64,000 nucleotides of DNA from Flavobacteriaceae bacterium (GCA_002721175.1 PBJR01000008.1:108685-172684); one strand, 5' to 3'; numbered from the stretch's first letter, positions 1-11,142 are shown. Numbers and translations are program-made. Notes: a model not told the origin generated them from the sequence alone.

Positions 1-824
1 ATTTTTATATTATTTGCAGCAAGGGTTCGTTGAACAATATATTGGTCTGTACACCAATACCATATCCCAACAATTGTACCTCCAATTAAAAGGCCTGTCC
101 ATGGGAAATCAGGATCATTCATAGGTCGCCACATATTAAAATGGTCTGGACTGACAGCCGTGACCGTTTCTCTTAATTGCGTCCATCCGCCCACTTCTTG
201 CAATCCAAGAAGAGTAATTATTACAGACCCTAAAATCAAAACTACAGTTTGTAGCGTTTCAGTATATATAACAGCCTTCATTCCTCCAACAACTGTATAA
301 ATTCCGGTAAAAAGCACAATTCCAATTGCACCATACCAAAAAGGGATTGCAAGAAGTTCTGAAACTACAATACCTCCAGCATAAATAGTAACTGAAACTT
401 TGGTTAAAACATAGGCAACAAGTGAAAATAAAGATAAAAACCATCTTGAACGACTATCAAATCTTTTTTCCAAAAACTCTGGCATAGTAAAAGCACCACT
501 TCGAATATAAAATGGTAAAAACAACCAACCCAATAAAAGAACAATCCAAGCATGGAGTTCATAGTGTGCCATTGGGGTACCCGATTCAAATCCAGTACCT
601 GCTAGTCCCACTACATGTTCAGATCCAATATTCGAAGCAAATATAGAAGCACCAATAACAAACCAACCCACATTCCGGCCTGCTAAAAAATAATCCTCTG
701 TATTTTTATTTTTTTGTAAAACTACCCAAATAGCTACAGCCAACAAGGCTATAAAATAAACACCCAATACTATCCAATCAAGACGTTGTAGGACTGAAAA
801 AGCTTTCAAAATGATAAAATTCAT
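1..824 (-). CDS. Sodium:solute symporter (SSS/SGLT-like) sugar transporter, 3' end runs off the window
   Basis: Not in the ORF track because it is truncated. Manual translation from ATG at 824: MNFIILKAFSVLQRLDWIVLGVYF...EDYFLAGRNVGWFVIGASIFASNIGSEHVVGLAGTG...TMPEFLEKRF...YWCTDQYIVQRTLAA, which are SSS family motifs. Confidence 0.93.
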   Translation of the reverse strand, partial: MNFIILKAFSVLQRLDWIVLGVYFIALLAVAIWVVLQKNKNTEDYFLAGRNVGWFVIGASIFASNIGSEHVVGLAGTGFESGTPMAHYELHAWIVLLLGWLFLPFYIRSGAFTMPEFLEKRFDSRSRWFLSLFSLVAYVLTKVSVTIYAGGIVVSELLAIPFWYGAIGIVLFTGIYTVVGGMKAVIYTETLQTVVLILGSVIITLLGLQEVGGWTQLRETVTAVSPDHFNMWRPMNDPDFPWTGLLIGGTIVGIWYWCTDQYIVQRTLAANNIK

Positions 825-840
825 AGAATTATTTTATGTG

Positions 841-2166
841 TCAAATATACTGATTAATAATGTTCTCAAACAGCTCTTGTTTTCCGCTTTGAGGATCTAA
901 CTCTCCATTTTCAATCGCAATCTCATATAAATCTTGAAGATTTAAATTACCTGATTCAAATGCGGCGCCTTTTCCCGAATCAAAAGACTCATACCGTTTT
1001 TTTCTTAGTTTTTTATATGGTGAAGAATTCATGATTTTATCAGCAGTCAAAAGCGCGCGTGCAAATGTATCAGCACCCCCAATATGCGCCAAAAATATAT
1101 CTTCCATATCAGTTGAATTTCTTCTAATCTTAGCATCAAAATTAATTCCTCCTCCCTGTAATCCACCAGCGTCTAAAAATACGAGCATAGCCTCGGTGGT
1201 TTCTTGAATGTTATTTGGAAATTGGTCGGTGTCCCATCCATTTTGATAATCGCCTCTATTAGCATCAATACTTCCCAGCATATTAGCCTTTGCAGCAACT
1301 GCTAATTCATGCTGCATTGTATGTTGAGCTAATGTGGCATGATTGACCTCAATATTTAATTTAAAGTCATTATGTAAACCATATTCTCTTAAAAATCCAA
1401 TAGCTGTGGCGGAATCAAAATCATATTGATGTTTCATCGGCTCCATCGGTTTAGGTTCAATAAAAAAAGTTCCTTTAAACCCTTGAGATCTTGCATAATC
1501 TTTAGCCATTGTTAAAAATTGTGCCATATGATCTAATTCACGACCCATGTCAGTATTTAAAAGAGACATATATCCTTCTCTTCCCCCCCAAAAAACATAG
1601 TTTTCACCACTTAATGCCATGGTTGCGTCAAGTGCTAATTTGACTTGTGCACCAGCACGTGCTACAACACCAAAACTAGGATTGGTTGCCGCCCCATTCA
1701 TATAACGGGGGTTTGAAAAACAATTTGAGGTTCCCCATAAAAGTTTGACACCCGACAATTGCTGTTTTTGCTTCAAATAATCAACAATAATGGAAAGGCG
1801 TTTTTCAGACTCTCTGAAAGTTGATCCTTCAGCTATCAAATCATAGTCGTGAAAACAAAAATAATCAAAACCCATTTTTGTTATAAATTCAAATGCAGCA
1901 TCAGCTTTATCTTTTGCGGCTTGAATTGGATCGGATGACTTGTCCCAAGGGAAATTTTGAGTACCGGAACCGAACGGGTCTGATCCCTGACCACAGAAGG
2001 TATGCCAATAAGCTATAGCAAATTTAAAATGTTCACGCATTGTTTTTCCTGCGACAACCTTATTTGGGTCATAATATTTAAACGCCAATGGGTTGTCAGA
2101 ATTTTTACCTTCGTAAGGTATAGATTTAATTCCTTTATAATATTCATTATCTCCAGTTACTATCAT
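841..2166 (-). CDS. xylA: Xylose isomerase (class II)
   Basis: Motifs [42 protein letters not shown]. Confidence 0.98.
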   Translation of the reverse strand: MIVTGDNEYYKGIKSIPYEGKNSDNPLAFKYYDPNKVVAGKTMREHFKFAIAYWHTFCGQGSDPFGSGTQNFPWDKSSDPIQAAKDKADAAFEFITKMGFDYFCFHDYDLIAEGSTFRESEKRLSIIVDYLKQKQQLSGVKLLWGTSNCFSNPRYMNGAATNPSFGVVARAGAQVKLALDATMALSGENYVFWGGREGYMSLLNTDMGRELDHMAQFLTMAKDYARSQGFKGTFFIEPKPMEPMKHQYDFDSATAIGFLREYGLHNDFKLNIEVNHATLAQHTMQHELAVAAKANMLGSIDANRGDYQNGWDTDQFPNNIQETTEAMLVFLDAGGLQGGGINFDAKIRRNSTDMEDIFLAHIGGADTFARALLTADKIMNSSPYKKLRKKRYESFDSGKGAAFESGNLNLQDLYEIAIENGELDPQSGKQELFENIINQYI

Positions 2167-3650
2167 CTTTTTGTTCTTTTTTCTAGTTCATTTTTCCAGT
2201 TTTGGTAAGCTTTTAAATATGGGGTTTTATTTTTGATTGGTTTATATGTCATAACGTGATCGTTAGTGCTAATATATTTTCCAAATCGATTAAAATCGTG
2301 GTCACTTAATCCAGCAGCGCGAGCAGCACCAATTGCCCCCGTAGTATTATATATCTCGATTTCAAAACCTATTAGAGTTGACAATGTTTTGGCGAAAATT
2401 TCTGACCTAAATAAATTATCGTTGCCCGCCCTAATCACATTTATCTTGGCATTATCATCTTTTAAAATTTCCATACCATATACAAATGAAAAAGCAATGC
2501 CTTCCAAGGAAGCGCGGTACATATGAGCATTTGAATGATGATTTAAATTGATATTACAAAACTGAGTACCGATATTTTTATTATTCAGCATTCGCTCAGC
2601 ACCATTCCCAAATGGCAAAATAATTAACCCTTCGGATCCGATTGGAATTTTTGATGCTTGTCTATTCATTGATTCATAAGATTCAGCTGAACATTGATTT
2701 TTCAACCAGCGATACATTATTCCAGCACCATTAATACACAAAAGTTTTCCTATGTATGGATTTGAAGGAGAATAGTTTACGTGAGCAAAATGGTTAATTC
2801 TACTTGCTTCATTTGATCTTTTTGTTTTGGTGACAGCATAAATTACACCGGATGTCCCACCTGTGGCTGCAACCTCCCCATCTTTAAATACATTTAATGA
2901 TAAAGCATTATTGGGTTGATCTCCAGCTCTATATGTTAATGGTATTCCACTTGGAATTCCAGTTTCTTTTGAAGCCTCATCTGAAATAAAACCTTGAGTG
3001 CTAAAATTTTCTACAATTTCTGGCACCAAATCAATTTTAAAGCCAAAATAATCAAATAACCAGTCCGCTAGGGTATCAGATTCGTAATCCCAAAAAATAC
3101 CTTCTGACAATCCATTTTTTGTTGTAGATATTTTATTGGTTAACTTCATAGCAAGGTAATCTCCTGGTAACAAAAACTTATATGTTTTGTCAAAAATTTT
3201 AGGTTCATTATCTTTAACCCACTTTAATTTTGATGCTGTGAAATTAGCCGGAGAATTTAAGAGTTTAGAAACACAACGATCTTTTTTCAAATCCTCGAAA
3301 GCTTTATTTCCAATATGGACTGCCCTGCTGTCACACCAAATAATAGAATTTCTTAAAACTTGTTGATTTTGGTCAATTATCACTAAACCATGCATTTGAT
3401 ATGAAATACCAACTGCTTTAATTTTGGAAGAATCAATTTTAGACTCTCGTATAGCTCTTTTGCTTGCCTGGCATACATACATCCACCAATCATTTGGGTC
3501 TTGTTCAGCCCAATTCATCTGCTCAGAAATAATTGACATTTCATAACTTGGTTCATGCAAACTTATTATGTTTTCCCCGGATTTGGCATCAACAATAGCT
3601 ACTTTCACAGACGAACTTCCTAAATCAAATCCTATGTAATATTCCTGCAT
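2163..3650 (-). CDS. xylB: Xylulokinase (FGGY carbohydrate kinase)
   Basis: Motifs [43 protein letters not shown]; 4-nt overlap with xylA. Confidence 0.93.
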   Translation of the reverse strand: MQEYYIGFDLGSSSVKVAIVDAKSGENIISLHEPSYEMSIISEQMNWAEQDPNDWWMYVCQASKRAIRESKIDSSKIKAVGISYQMHGLVIIDQNQQVLRNSIIWCDSRAVHIGNKAFEDLKKDRCVSKLLNSPANFTASKLKWVKDNEPKIFDKTYKFLLPGDYLAMKLTNKISTTKNGLSEGIFWDYESDTLADWLFDYFGFKIDLVPEIVENFSTQGFISDEASKETGIPSGIPLTYRAGDQPNNALSLNVFKDGEVAATGGTSGVIYAVTKTKRSNEASRINHFAHVNYSPSNPYIGKLLCINGAGIMYRWLKNQCSAESYESMNRQASKIPIGSEGLIILPFGNGAERMLNNKNIGTQFCNINLNHHSNAHMYRASLEGIAFSFVYGMEILKDDNAKINVIRAGNDNLFRSEIFAKTLSTLIGFEIEIYNTTGAIGAARAAGLSDHDFNRFGKYISTNDHVMTYKPIKNKTPYLKAYQNWKNELEKRTKR

Positions 3651-3682
3651 AATATTGGTTTGTGTATAAATATATTTAATTT

Positions 3683-4729
3683 TTAAAAATGAAAGTCTTT
3701 GTACGGGTCCAAAGTAACAATAGTACCATCATCCCTGTATTTTATTTCTGCAACTTTTATGCATCTGAGATGTGTTATCCCTTTCGATAAGGATGAATCA
3801 TGGTAAAATAAATATGTTTTATTTTCAATTTTACAAATAGAGTGATGAGTTGTCCAACCAACCACGGGATTTAAAATTCGACCCGCATAGAAGAATGGAC
3901 CATAAGGATTGTCCCCAATGGCGTAACAAATAAAGTGTGTATCACCGGTAGAGTATGAAAAATAGTATTTACCATTGTGTTTGTGTAACCAAGCTGCTTC
4001 AAAAAAACGGCGTTGGTTATCCCCAGCAAGTAACATATTTCCACTTTCATCTAATATTTTGATAGGCCTAGGTGTTTCATCAAATTCTAATAAATCGTCT
4101 CGCATTTTAGCTACATAAGGTAATAAAGCAGGAGCATCGTCTTCAGGGATAAAAGCAGTGGGGCTTTCTGGAAATTTTGCATTAAACTCTCCATTGTTCC
4201 AGCGTTGCAATTGACCTCCCCAAAGACCTCCGAAGTACATGAAGTAAGCATTATCTTCGTCTCTAAAGACAGCTGGATCAATTGAAAAGCTTCCTTTAAT
4301 GGGATTGGGTTGGGGTTTGAACGGCCCAACAGGTGAGTCACTAACTGCTACTCCAATTCTAAAAATACCATCATAATCCTTCGCAGGAAAAAAAAGATAA
4401 TATTTACCATCTTTTTCATTGGCATCTGGAGCCCACATTTGTTTCTCAGCCCAGGGTACATCTCTAACATGAAGAGCTAAACCGTTGTCAAAAGCCTTAC
4501 TATTAATAGAATCCATAGATAAAACATGATAATCTTCCATGGCAAAGTGACTACCCAAATCATCAAATGCATCTCCAGCATCAATATCGTGGGAAGGATA
4601 TATATATATTTTATCTCCAAAATAATGAGCAGAAGGGTCCGCAGTATAAATATGGTCAACTAAAGGAGGTGAAATAGCATTTTCGTTGAGCTTTGTAAAG
4701 TTAATATGATCAATTTTGTCTTCAGGCAT
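3683..4729 (-). CDS. GH43 beta-xylosidase/arabinosidase (GH43_1-like), no signal peptide
   Basis: Motifs YTADPSAH, YPSHD, WAPD, SIDPAVF, FFEAAW, WTTHHSI. Confidence 0.92.
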   Translation of the reverse strand: MPEDKIDHINFTKLNENAISPPLVDHIYTADPSAHYFGDKIYIYPSHDIDAGDAFDDLGSHFAMEDYHVLSMDSINSKAFDNGLALHVRDVPWAEKQMWAPDANEKDGKYYLFFPAKDYDGIFRIGVAVSDSPVGPFKPQPNPIKGSFSIDPAVFRDEDNAYFMYFGGLWGGQLQRWNNGEFNAKFPESPTAFIPEDDAPALLPYVAKMRDDLLEFDETPRPIKILDESGNMLLAGDNQRRFFEAAWLHKHNGKYYFSYSTGDTHFICYAIGDNPYGPFFYAGRILNPVVGWTTHHSICKIENKTYLFYHDSSLSKGITHLRCIKVAEIKYRDDGTIVTLDPYKDFHF

Positions 4730-6176
4730 TTTGATTGAATTTTCTTCTTTGACTTAAATCTAATTCTATTTTATTTTCTAGAGACTTATTGATTTCATAA
4801 AAAAATAATAAACCAACTCCTAGTAAAAATGGAATAGCAGGATAAATGCTTACAAGTAATTTTGTACCAATAACAGCTTGGTTAGTTTGAACTATTTCAT
4901 CGCCAGCTATATATCCATAAAAATCTAATATTTTTGTAACAAGTGAACTACCTATTGTCAATCCCAGCTTTAGACCAACCATCATAGCAGAAAAAATTAT
5001 AGCTGTGGCCCTTCTGTTGTTTTTCCATTCTGAGAAGTCAGCTACATCGGCTATCATGGCCCAAAGAAGGGGAATTGTAATACCATAAAAAAAACCATGT
5101 AAAATTTGAGAACTGAAAATAAGAGCTATATCTGAAGGCCTAAAAAAATTGAAAACAAATACAAAAATTGTAGCAATAAATAAAAATGTGCCAAAAATAT
5201 TACGCTTGCCGTATCTATCAGCTAACGGCTTGGAGAGACTTATTCCAAAAATCATAAAAATAATTCCTCCAGCATTGAATAAACCAAAGCCTGCTGAAAC
5301 TGGATCGTTACCAAAAAAATTAATGCCAACATTTGAAAGAAAATTCAAAACTGGTTTTATAAAATATGTTAGGCTGGATGAATCAATGTAATTTTCAAAG
5401 TAATAGACATAACTTCCACCCTTCATTGCCAAAGAAATAAAAGTTAAAGTTGTTAAGATTAGCATAATAATCCAAGGTTTGTTTTTAACAAGATCTGATA
5501 TATCCTCAGAAAGAGATGATTTTTGCTCAACGCTAGGGATTATTCTCTCTCTGGTCGCAATAAAAGTGATCAAAAGCAAGATTGTTCCTATAATTGCTAA
5601 CCAAGTCATTACAATTTCTATTCCGAGTGATTTATCACCATCACCAGCATATATTATTATTGGTAGCATGAAAACTTGTACAAAAAATTGGGCAAACATA
5701 ACAGCTACAAAGCGATAAGATGAAATACTATTCCTTTCCTTCATATTACCAGTTATAACACCACTTAAAGCAGAATAAGGTAAATTACTGGCAGCATAAA
5801 GTAAAAGCAATAAAGTGTAGGTTATAACTGCGTAAACTACCTTTCCTTGATAGCTACTAAATTCAGGTGTACTAAATGCTAAAACTGAGATAACTCCCAA
5901 TGGTACTGCGGTCCATAAAATCCATGGTCTGAACTTTCCCCATCTTGAATTGGTTCTGTCTGCTATGGCCCCCACAATGGGATTGAATCCAAAAGCAGCT
6001 ACGGTTCCAACTATAAACATTATTGCAGTGGCATCATTTGGTTCTAATTTGTAAATATCAGTGTAAAAATAGGCTAAGTAAGTCATCAAAGTTTGAAAAA
6101 CTAAATTAGCTGCGAGATCCCCTAAACTATATCCAATTTTTTCAATTACTGTTAATTTTACATCATTTGGTCCCAT
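4722..6176 (-). CDS. GPH-family MFS glycoside:cation symporter (likely xylo-oligosaccharide uptake)
   Basis: Motifs EKIGYSLGDLAANLVFQ, DRTNSRWGKFRPWILW, LWAMIADVADF; about 12 hydrophobic segments. Confidence 0.92.
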   Translation of the reverse strand: MGPNDVKLTVIEKIGYSLGDLAANLVFQTLMTYLAYFYTDIYKLEPNDATAIMFIVGTVAAFGFNPIVGAIADRTNSRWGKFRPWILWTAVPLGVISVLAFSTPEFSSYQGKVVYAVITYTLLLLLYAASNLPYSALSGVITGNMKERNSISSYRFVAVMFAQFFVQVFMLPIIIYAGDGDKSLGIEIVMTWLAIIGTILLLITFIATRERIIPSVEQKSSLSEDISDLVKNKPWIIMLILTTLTFISLAMKGGSYVYYFENYIDSSSLTYFIKPVLNFLSNVGINFFGNDPVSAGFGLFNAGGIIFMIFGISLSKPLADRYGKRNIFGTFLFIATIFVFVFNFFRPSDIALIFSSQILHGFFYGITIPLLWAMIADVADFSEWKNNRRATAIIFSAMMVGLKLGLTIGSSLVTKILDFYGYIAGDEIVQTNQAVIGTKLLVSIYPAIPFLLGVGLLFFYEINKSLENKIELDLSQRRKFNQNA

Positions 6177-6195
6177 TCAAATATTTTTAAATATT

Positions 6196-7338
6196 TTAGT
6201 TTGTTTTAACTTGCAGAACTTTTCTGTAAGCCTCTTTGGACTTATAACTTCTGTCATATAAAAGAGGATAATTAATTCTACCTTTGATAGGCCAATCATT
6301 TAACCAAGAATACTTGTCTGTCACACCCCAAAATGTAACTCTTTCTATTTTATCGCTATGCTTTACAAATAATCGAAAAATATCATAATATCTATTAGCT
6401 AATTTCAAAGCAACTTCATTTGGAAGATTATCTGGATAAGGATTCATCTTAGGGTCGCCCTCAAACTTTGAAAAATTCTGATTAACCTCAGCACCTACCA
6501 ATTCCCATGGATTTGGGAGGACGGAAATATCAAGTTCTGTGAAAGAAACTGAAACTCCAGCAATATGAAAATCATAAATTATTTGTTCAATCTCATCGAT
6601 TGTAGGATAATTTAAACCCCAATGGGCTTGAACCCCAACCCCACTTATCTTAGTTCCATTAGCCTTAAATTGTTTAACCATTTCAATTACAGCATTTCTT
6701 TTTTTTGGTTTGTATAGATTGTAATCGTTATAGATTAGATCAGCTTCAGGATCTAATTTCTCAGCAAGCTTAAAAACTTCTTCTATATAATTCTCACCCA
6801 TATTTTTATAAAAAATAGAGTTTCTCAATTTACCATCTTCCTCAAAGGCTTCGTTTACTACATCCCATGCATCGATTTTTCCCTTATATCTTTTAACCAG
6901 TCGATTAATGTGATTCTCAACATGACTTCTGAATTCATTCTTGTTTTTGGTCTCTTGCATGAATTCAGCTAGTTGTGCATGCCAAACAAGAGCATGTCCA
7001 ATAATATACATACCATTGTCTAAACCCATTTGAACATACTGATCTGCAGTATTAAAATCAAATTGATTTGGTTTAGGCTGAATATACATCCATTTTAATG
7101 AATTTTCAGGTGTAATTGAGTTAAACTGATTGTTTACAATTTGATAAGACTTGTCATCTTTACCTAGAATCGTTGATTCATTTATTGCAGCTCCAATAAA
7201 AAATTTGTTCTCAAAATGAGACTTTAAGGATTTGGTAAAAGTTTGACTTGAACTTACATTAGTATTTACACAACTAAAGAGACAAATAACGATGAGAAAA
7301 TAAGAGCTGAAAATAATTCTATTAGTTTTCTTTTTCAT
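6196..7338 (-). CDS. GH10 endo-1,4-beta-xylanase, probable lipoprotein
   Basis: Canonical motifs ITPENSLKW, GHALVWH, WDVVNE (acid/base), YNDYN, GVQAH, FTELD (nucleophile), VTFWG; lipobox-like LFSC. Confidence 0.96.
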   Translation of the reverse strand: MKKKTNRIIFSSYFLIVICLFSCVNTNVSSSQTFTKSLKSHFENKFFIGAAINESTILGKDDKSYQIVNNQFNSITPENSLKWMYIQPKPNQFDFNTADQYVQMGLDNGMYIIGHALVWHAQLAEFMQETKNKNEFRSHVENHINRLVKRYKGKIDAWDVVNEAFEEDGKLRNSIFYKNMGENYIEEVFKLAEKLDPEADLIYNDYNLYKPKKRNAVIEMVKQFKANGTKISGVGVQAHWGLNYPTIDEIEQIIYDFHIAGVSVSFTELDISVLPNPWELVGAEVNQNFSKFEGDPKMNPYPDNLPNEVALKLANRYYDIFRLFVKHSDKIERVTFWGVTDKYSWLNDWPIKGRINYPLLYDRSYKSKEAYRKVLQVKTN

Positions 7339-7358
7339 GCAAATAATTGATTTTAATA

Positions 7359-9599
7359 TTAATTCTTTAAAAATCTTAAAACTTTAAATCTAAAATTTGT
7401 TGTATCAACCAGCTTTATTAAATACAAACCATTCTTCAATTTAGATATGTCAATTTGGTAAGCTTGACCAACTCGTCTTTTGGGTAAAATATACCTTTTC
7501 CCCAATGGATCTATTATTTCAATATGATAATTAGAATCAGATTGGGAAATATTTATAAAACTTTTAGCTGGATTTGGATAAAGAGAAACACTTGTGAAAT
7601 CTCCACTATTACTTTCAATACTCATCGAATTGTTATTATATTCATACGCACCAATATCAACAACATCCCCAGCATTTGAAAAATCAACTTGTTGAGATCC
7701 TTGAGGAACTAAAGAAAAATCATCAATATAATAGTTTCCTCCACCCTCATCCATGGATGGACCCTTAACATATACAAACATATTATCTGGGTCTGAATAT
7801 GTGTAATCACCTGAGAGTAAAGTCCATTCTTGGTCAGAAACTTCTGTGGTTGGAGTTATATTTGTGTAGGTATTGAGTGATGTGTTTTTTATGGTAATTT
7901 GTGAGCTACCAGAGACTCCAAGAGCTAATTTAACCCAAACATAAAAAGTATAGCTATCACCCTGCGTTAATAAATTATCAAGTACTAGCTTAGCACTATG
8001 CCAATTTAAAGTCCTATCACTAATTATAAGGCTTTGATCGCCACTCCTGCTATCTATTTGGCTTGTTTGAATTGATGCACCGAAAGAGCTCCATCCACCT
8101 ACAGAATTTTCAAAACTTGATGAAGAAATACCTTCATTCAGTTCAGGTCTTGGATTTCCCAAAATATCATATTGAGGAGAATAATTTGAATCACCAGCGT
8201 CAATTGCTGGAGAATTTTCAGTCAACTGAAAATTAGTTTGGTCTATATCAATAGGACCGTTTACTGTTAGTGGTGCATTCACAAATAAAGGATCAATGTC
8301 TATCATACTACAACACGAAATATAATTATATGGATTGCCGTTTTCATCAGAAGGTAGCTTGCCATTTAAAAAAATATTATTTGAAACTAAACGGCTACCA
8401 TAGACATTTGGAAGTTCTAATGCTGAAAATAAATTATCTCTAGTGACAACAATATTATTTACAACTGTTGAGTTGAGGACTTTATTGGATTTAATTCCGC
8501 CTACTTTTTGTCCTCTATGAGCTGGGTTACCATTTGCCTCAGAAATATCCTGTATGATTTCATGAACTCCATTGAAAAATATTGTATTATTTTGAATTAT
8601 GGCGCTTGCACCCAAAGAATTGTCGAAATTTATACCATTTTTTCCATTATTAACACAAAGATTGTTTTCAATTAAAAAAGTTCCATTGTAGCCAGGATCG
8701 CTTCGCGTGACATATAAACCCTGTCCATCCAATATACTATTGTATGAAGCTGTCCCATAATTGGGGTTAGTATTGCCTGAGTTATCTGGAAGTTGAGTAA
8801 CATAAAAAGGGATTCGATTCCAATTATTATATACCGTATTTCCACGCATTATCATCTTTACATCATTGCCGTTATCTGACTCTGAGGCCGCTATTGTTTC
8901 TGCAAAAACAACAGCGCTAGAAGCAGAAGAAGTCCACCAGGTTGAATTATAAACCTCGTTATGTTCTATAGTTATGTGGTCTGAATCGTTAAATCTAATT
9001 GCAGATCCCGGGGTGTCGTGTACAATATTATTGCGAATGATAATGTGGTGATGAGCTCCATAACCACCCCATATTCCTTTACCAGAAAAATATGTATGGT
9101 TATAATTAGTATTATCATTACCATCTTCTGCAACAGATATCTTATATTGCCTATTAGCTATTGCCATATCGTAATTTATAGCTTGAGCAGGACCTTCAAC
9201 TTCAAATCCTTCAACGATAATATAATTCATATTATTAGCTATCAAAATTCCTCCACTCCCATCAAATTGAATCTTTGGTAACTCGCCAGGAAAATTTCTA
9301 AGTGTGATGTAATTTCCATCACTTCCAGACTTATTAATAGTAACAACATGAGGATTATTCATGTTAGAGTAACTTGGAAGATCAACAGTTCCATAATTAT
9401 TGTTCCTGTAAACACCCTCCATGACATAGATGGTACCGCCTGCATTAACTGAAGATATAGCTCTGTTGATGGTTTTAAATGGTGCGATTTCAGTACCATT
9501 ATTAGAATCTGATCCCAAATTAACAGAAACATAATAATCCTGAGAACATATTAGTCCTGATTGAAAGAAAAAAAGAAAAATAAAAAATCTAAACCTCAT
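7359..9599 (-). CDS. Secreted right-handed beta-helix protein with CBM4/9/22-like module and T9SS type A CTD; function unknown
   Basis: The ORF track starts at 9680, but ATG 9599 (MRFRFFIFLFF...CSQ) gives a clean signal peptide. DUF1565/PL9-like N-terminus (YYVS..GSDSNNGT..APFKTI), NN-rich beta-helix coils, CBM (SFEN...DRTLNW...YYIDDFSL), CTD (LYPNPAK...GLYLIK). Confidence 0.85.
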   Translation of the reverse strand: MRFRFFIFLFFFQSGLICSQDYYVSVNLGSDSNNGTEIAPFKTINRAISSVNAGGTIYVMEGVYRNNNYGTVDLPSYSNMNNPHVVTINKSGSDGNYITLRNFPGELPKIQFDGSGGILIANNMNYIIVEGFEVEGPAQAINYDMAIANRQYKISVAEDGNDNTNYNHTYFSGKGIWGGYGAHHHIIIRNNIVHDTPGSAIRFNDSDHITIEHNEVYNSTWWTSSASSAVVFAETIAASESDNGNDVKMIMRGNTVYNNWNRIPFYVTQLPDNSGNTNPNYGTASYNSILDGQGLYVTRSDPGYNGTFLIENNLCVNNGKNGINFDNSLGASAIIQNNTIFFNGVHEIIQDISEANGNPAHRGQKVGGIKSNKVLNSTVVNNIVVTRDNLFSALELPNVYGSRLVSNNIFLNGKLPSDENGNPYNYISCCSMIDIDPLFVNAPLTVNGPIDIDQTNFQLTENSPAIDAGDSNYSPQYDILGNPRPELNEGISSSSFENSVGGWSSFGASIQTSQIDSRSGDQSLIISDRTLNWHSAKLVLDNLLTQGDSYTFYVWVKLALGVSGSSQITIKNTSLNTYTNITPTTEVSDQEWTLLSGDYTYSDPDNMFVYVKGPSMDEGGGNYYIDDFSLVPQGSQQVDFSNAGDVVDIGAYEYNNNSMSIESNSGDFTSVSLYPNPAKSFINISQSDSNYHIEIIDPLGKRYILPKRRVGQAYQIDISKLKNGLYLIKLVDTTNFRFKVLRFLKN

Positions 9600-9690
9600 T
9601 TGTTGTACTGCGCAAAAGTCAAGTTTTAAAGATCCAATTAAATTACAAATTTGAATAGAAATTGTGACATCATTGCTCATTTTTTTTATG

Positions 9691-11142
9691 TCATTTTGTT
9701 AATGATTGTAAGGGATCTTGATCAACAAAGTTGCGCATAACTTTTAGCTTTTCGCTATACTTTTTTACAATTTCAAAATTTTCTGAAAACTTTGATATAT
9801 CTACATTCTGTTGTTTGTCCTTATTTAAATCATAAAGCATATTACCCAAATACCGCTTACCTTCGTAAAACTCTGTGTAAGAATAATCTTTATCAATAAC
9901 TGCTTCTCCTTGTTTATATCTTGTGTAAATCTCCTTTTTTAAATCAAGTTTTGGCTCCTCCATAACTGATACCAAGCTTTCCCCATGCAAATATTTCGGC
10001 GGTTTAATCCCTGTCAGTTCACACAAAGTAGGATAAACATCAACAAGCTCTGTAAATGAATCTGTAGCCTGACCTTTCACATACCCAGGGGAAGAAATAA
10101 TAAATGGTATTTTCACAGCTTCATAAAATGTGCTATGCTTACACCAAAATCCGTGTTCGCCAAGAAAGAAGCCATGATCACTCCACAAAATTATTGTTGT
10201 ATTATCTCTTAACCCCATTTCGTCAAGACCATCAATTAAATCTCCAATTAATGCGTCCATGTAAGTTACACTAGCATAATATCCATGAACTAAATTTCTA
10301 GACATTTCATCACTCAATAAGCCTTGGCTTGGAATATCCAAATACATGCCTCGTAATTCAGCATTATCATGTTGTGAATGCATGGCTATGAATGGTGAAT
10401 TTTCAGGTTGATAAGCATTATTTGCTAGAGGTAGTGAAGAATGATCATACATATCCCAATATTTTTTGGGTTGAATAAATGGTAAATGTGGAGAGACATA
10501 TCCAACTGCCATAAAGAATGGCTTATTTTCTCTCTTTAATTCCTTCATTTTTGAAAGTGCTCTCTTAGTAACTTTACCGTCATTGTATGCATAATCATCA
10601 ACATCTGGAAACTCATAGGCTGGTCCCTTTCTTCCATGCTCACCAATTTCGCCATTTCTCTTTCTCTCCTGTGCCAATGGATCTTGATAATCTGCTTGAT
10701 GAGCTCCTCCATCACTATCTGTCCAAAACTCAGCAGTATCATCTGGAAAGTGATAAATTTTTCCATATGAAATTGTTTCATAACCATTTTCCATAAATAT
10801 TTGATTTAAGGTGACAGCATCAGGTGTATCTTTTGAGGATCTCGTTGTGTAATCATTAAATCTCTTCTGACTGGGGCGAATACCTGTCATAATACTAGCA
10901 CGGCTCGCACCACAAACTGCAATATTTGTAAAAGCATTATTGAATTGTAATCCCTCTGCCGCTAATTTGTCAATATTTGGAGTTATCAATTGTGATTCGC
11001 CATACGAGTTAATCTTTGGTCTAAAATCATCAATCGAAATAAAAAGAATGTTGTGCTTATTCGTTCCGGTTTGTCCAATTGCAAAAATTGGTGTAAAAAA
11101 AACAAAAACGATTAATAAATTATAAATTTTGTTATTCATCAT
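9691..11142 (-). CDS. S1 sulfatase, Cys-type (S1_7/iduronate-2-sulfatase-like)
   Basis: Motifs NILFISIDDFRP, CGASRASIMTG, GKIYH, PHLPF, SDHG, WCKH. Probable start MMNNKI at 11142 removes the overlap with the upstream gene. Confidence 0.93.
   Translation of the reverse strand: MMNNKIYNLLIVFVFFTPIFAIGQTGTNKHNILFISIDDFRPKINSYGESQLITPNIDKLAAEGLQFNNAFTNIAVCGASRASIMTGIRPSQKRFNDYTTRSSKDTPDAVTLNQIFMENGYETISYGKIYHFPDDTAEFWTDSDGGAHQADYQDPLAQERKRNGEIGEHGRKGPAYEFPDVDDYAYNDGKVTKRALSKMKELKRENKPFFMAVGYVSPHLPFIQPKKYWDMYDHSSLPLANNAYQPENSPFIAMHSQHDNAELRGMYLDIPSQGLLSDEMSRNLVHGYYASVTYMDALIGDLIDGLDEMGLRDNTTIILWSDHGFFLGEHGFWCKHSTFYEAVKIPFIISSPGYVKGQATDSFTELVDVYPTLCELTGIKPPKYLHGESLVSVMEEPKLDLKKEIYTRYKQGEAVIDKDYSYTEFYEGKRYLGNMLYDLNKDKQQNVDISKFSENFEIVKKYSEKLKVMRNFVDQDPLQSLTK

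Noticed and set aside
1583-1589. C7 homopolymers in xylA (1583-1589) and ppc (51692-51698) as phase-variation tracts
   Set aside because: They encode conserved Gly-Gly motifs in intact housekeeping frames and are short.
9600-9680. N-terminal extensions in the ORF track (9680, 11184, 24092, 48775, 52514, 55279)
   Set aside because: Downstream ATGs give proper signal peptides or family starts, avoid overlaps, and in two cases the longer start lies within a -7 promoter element.
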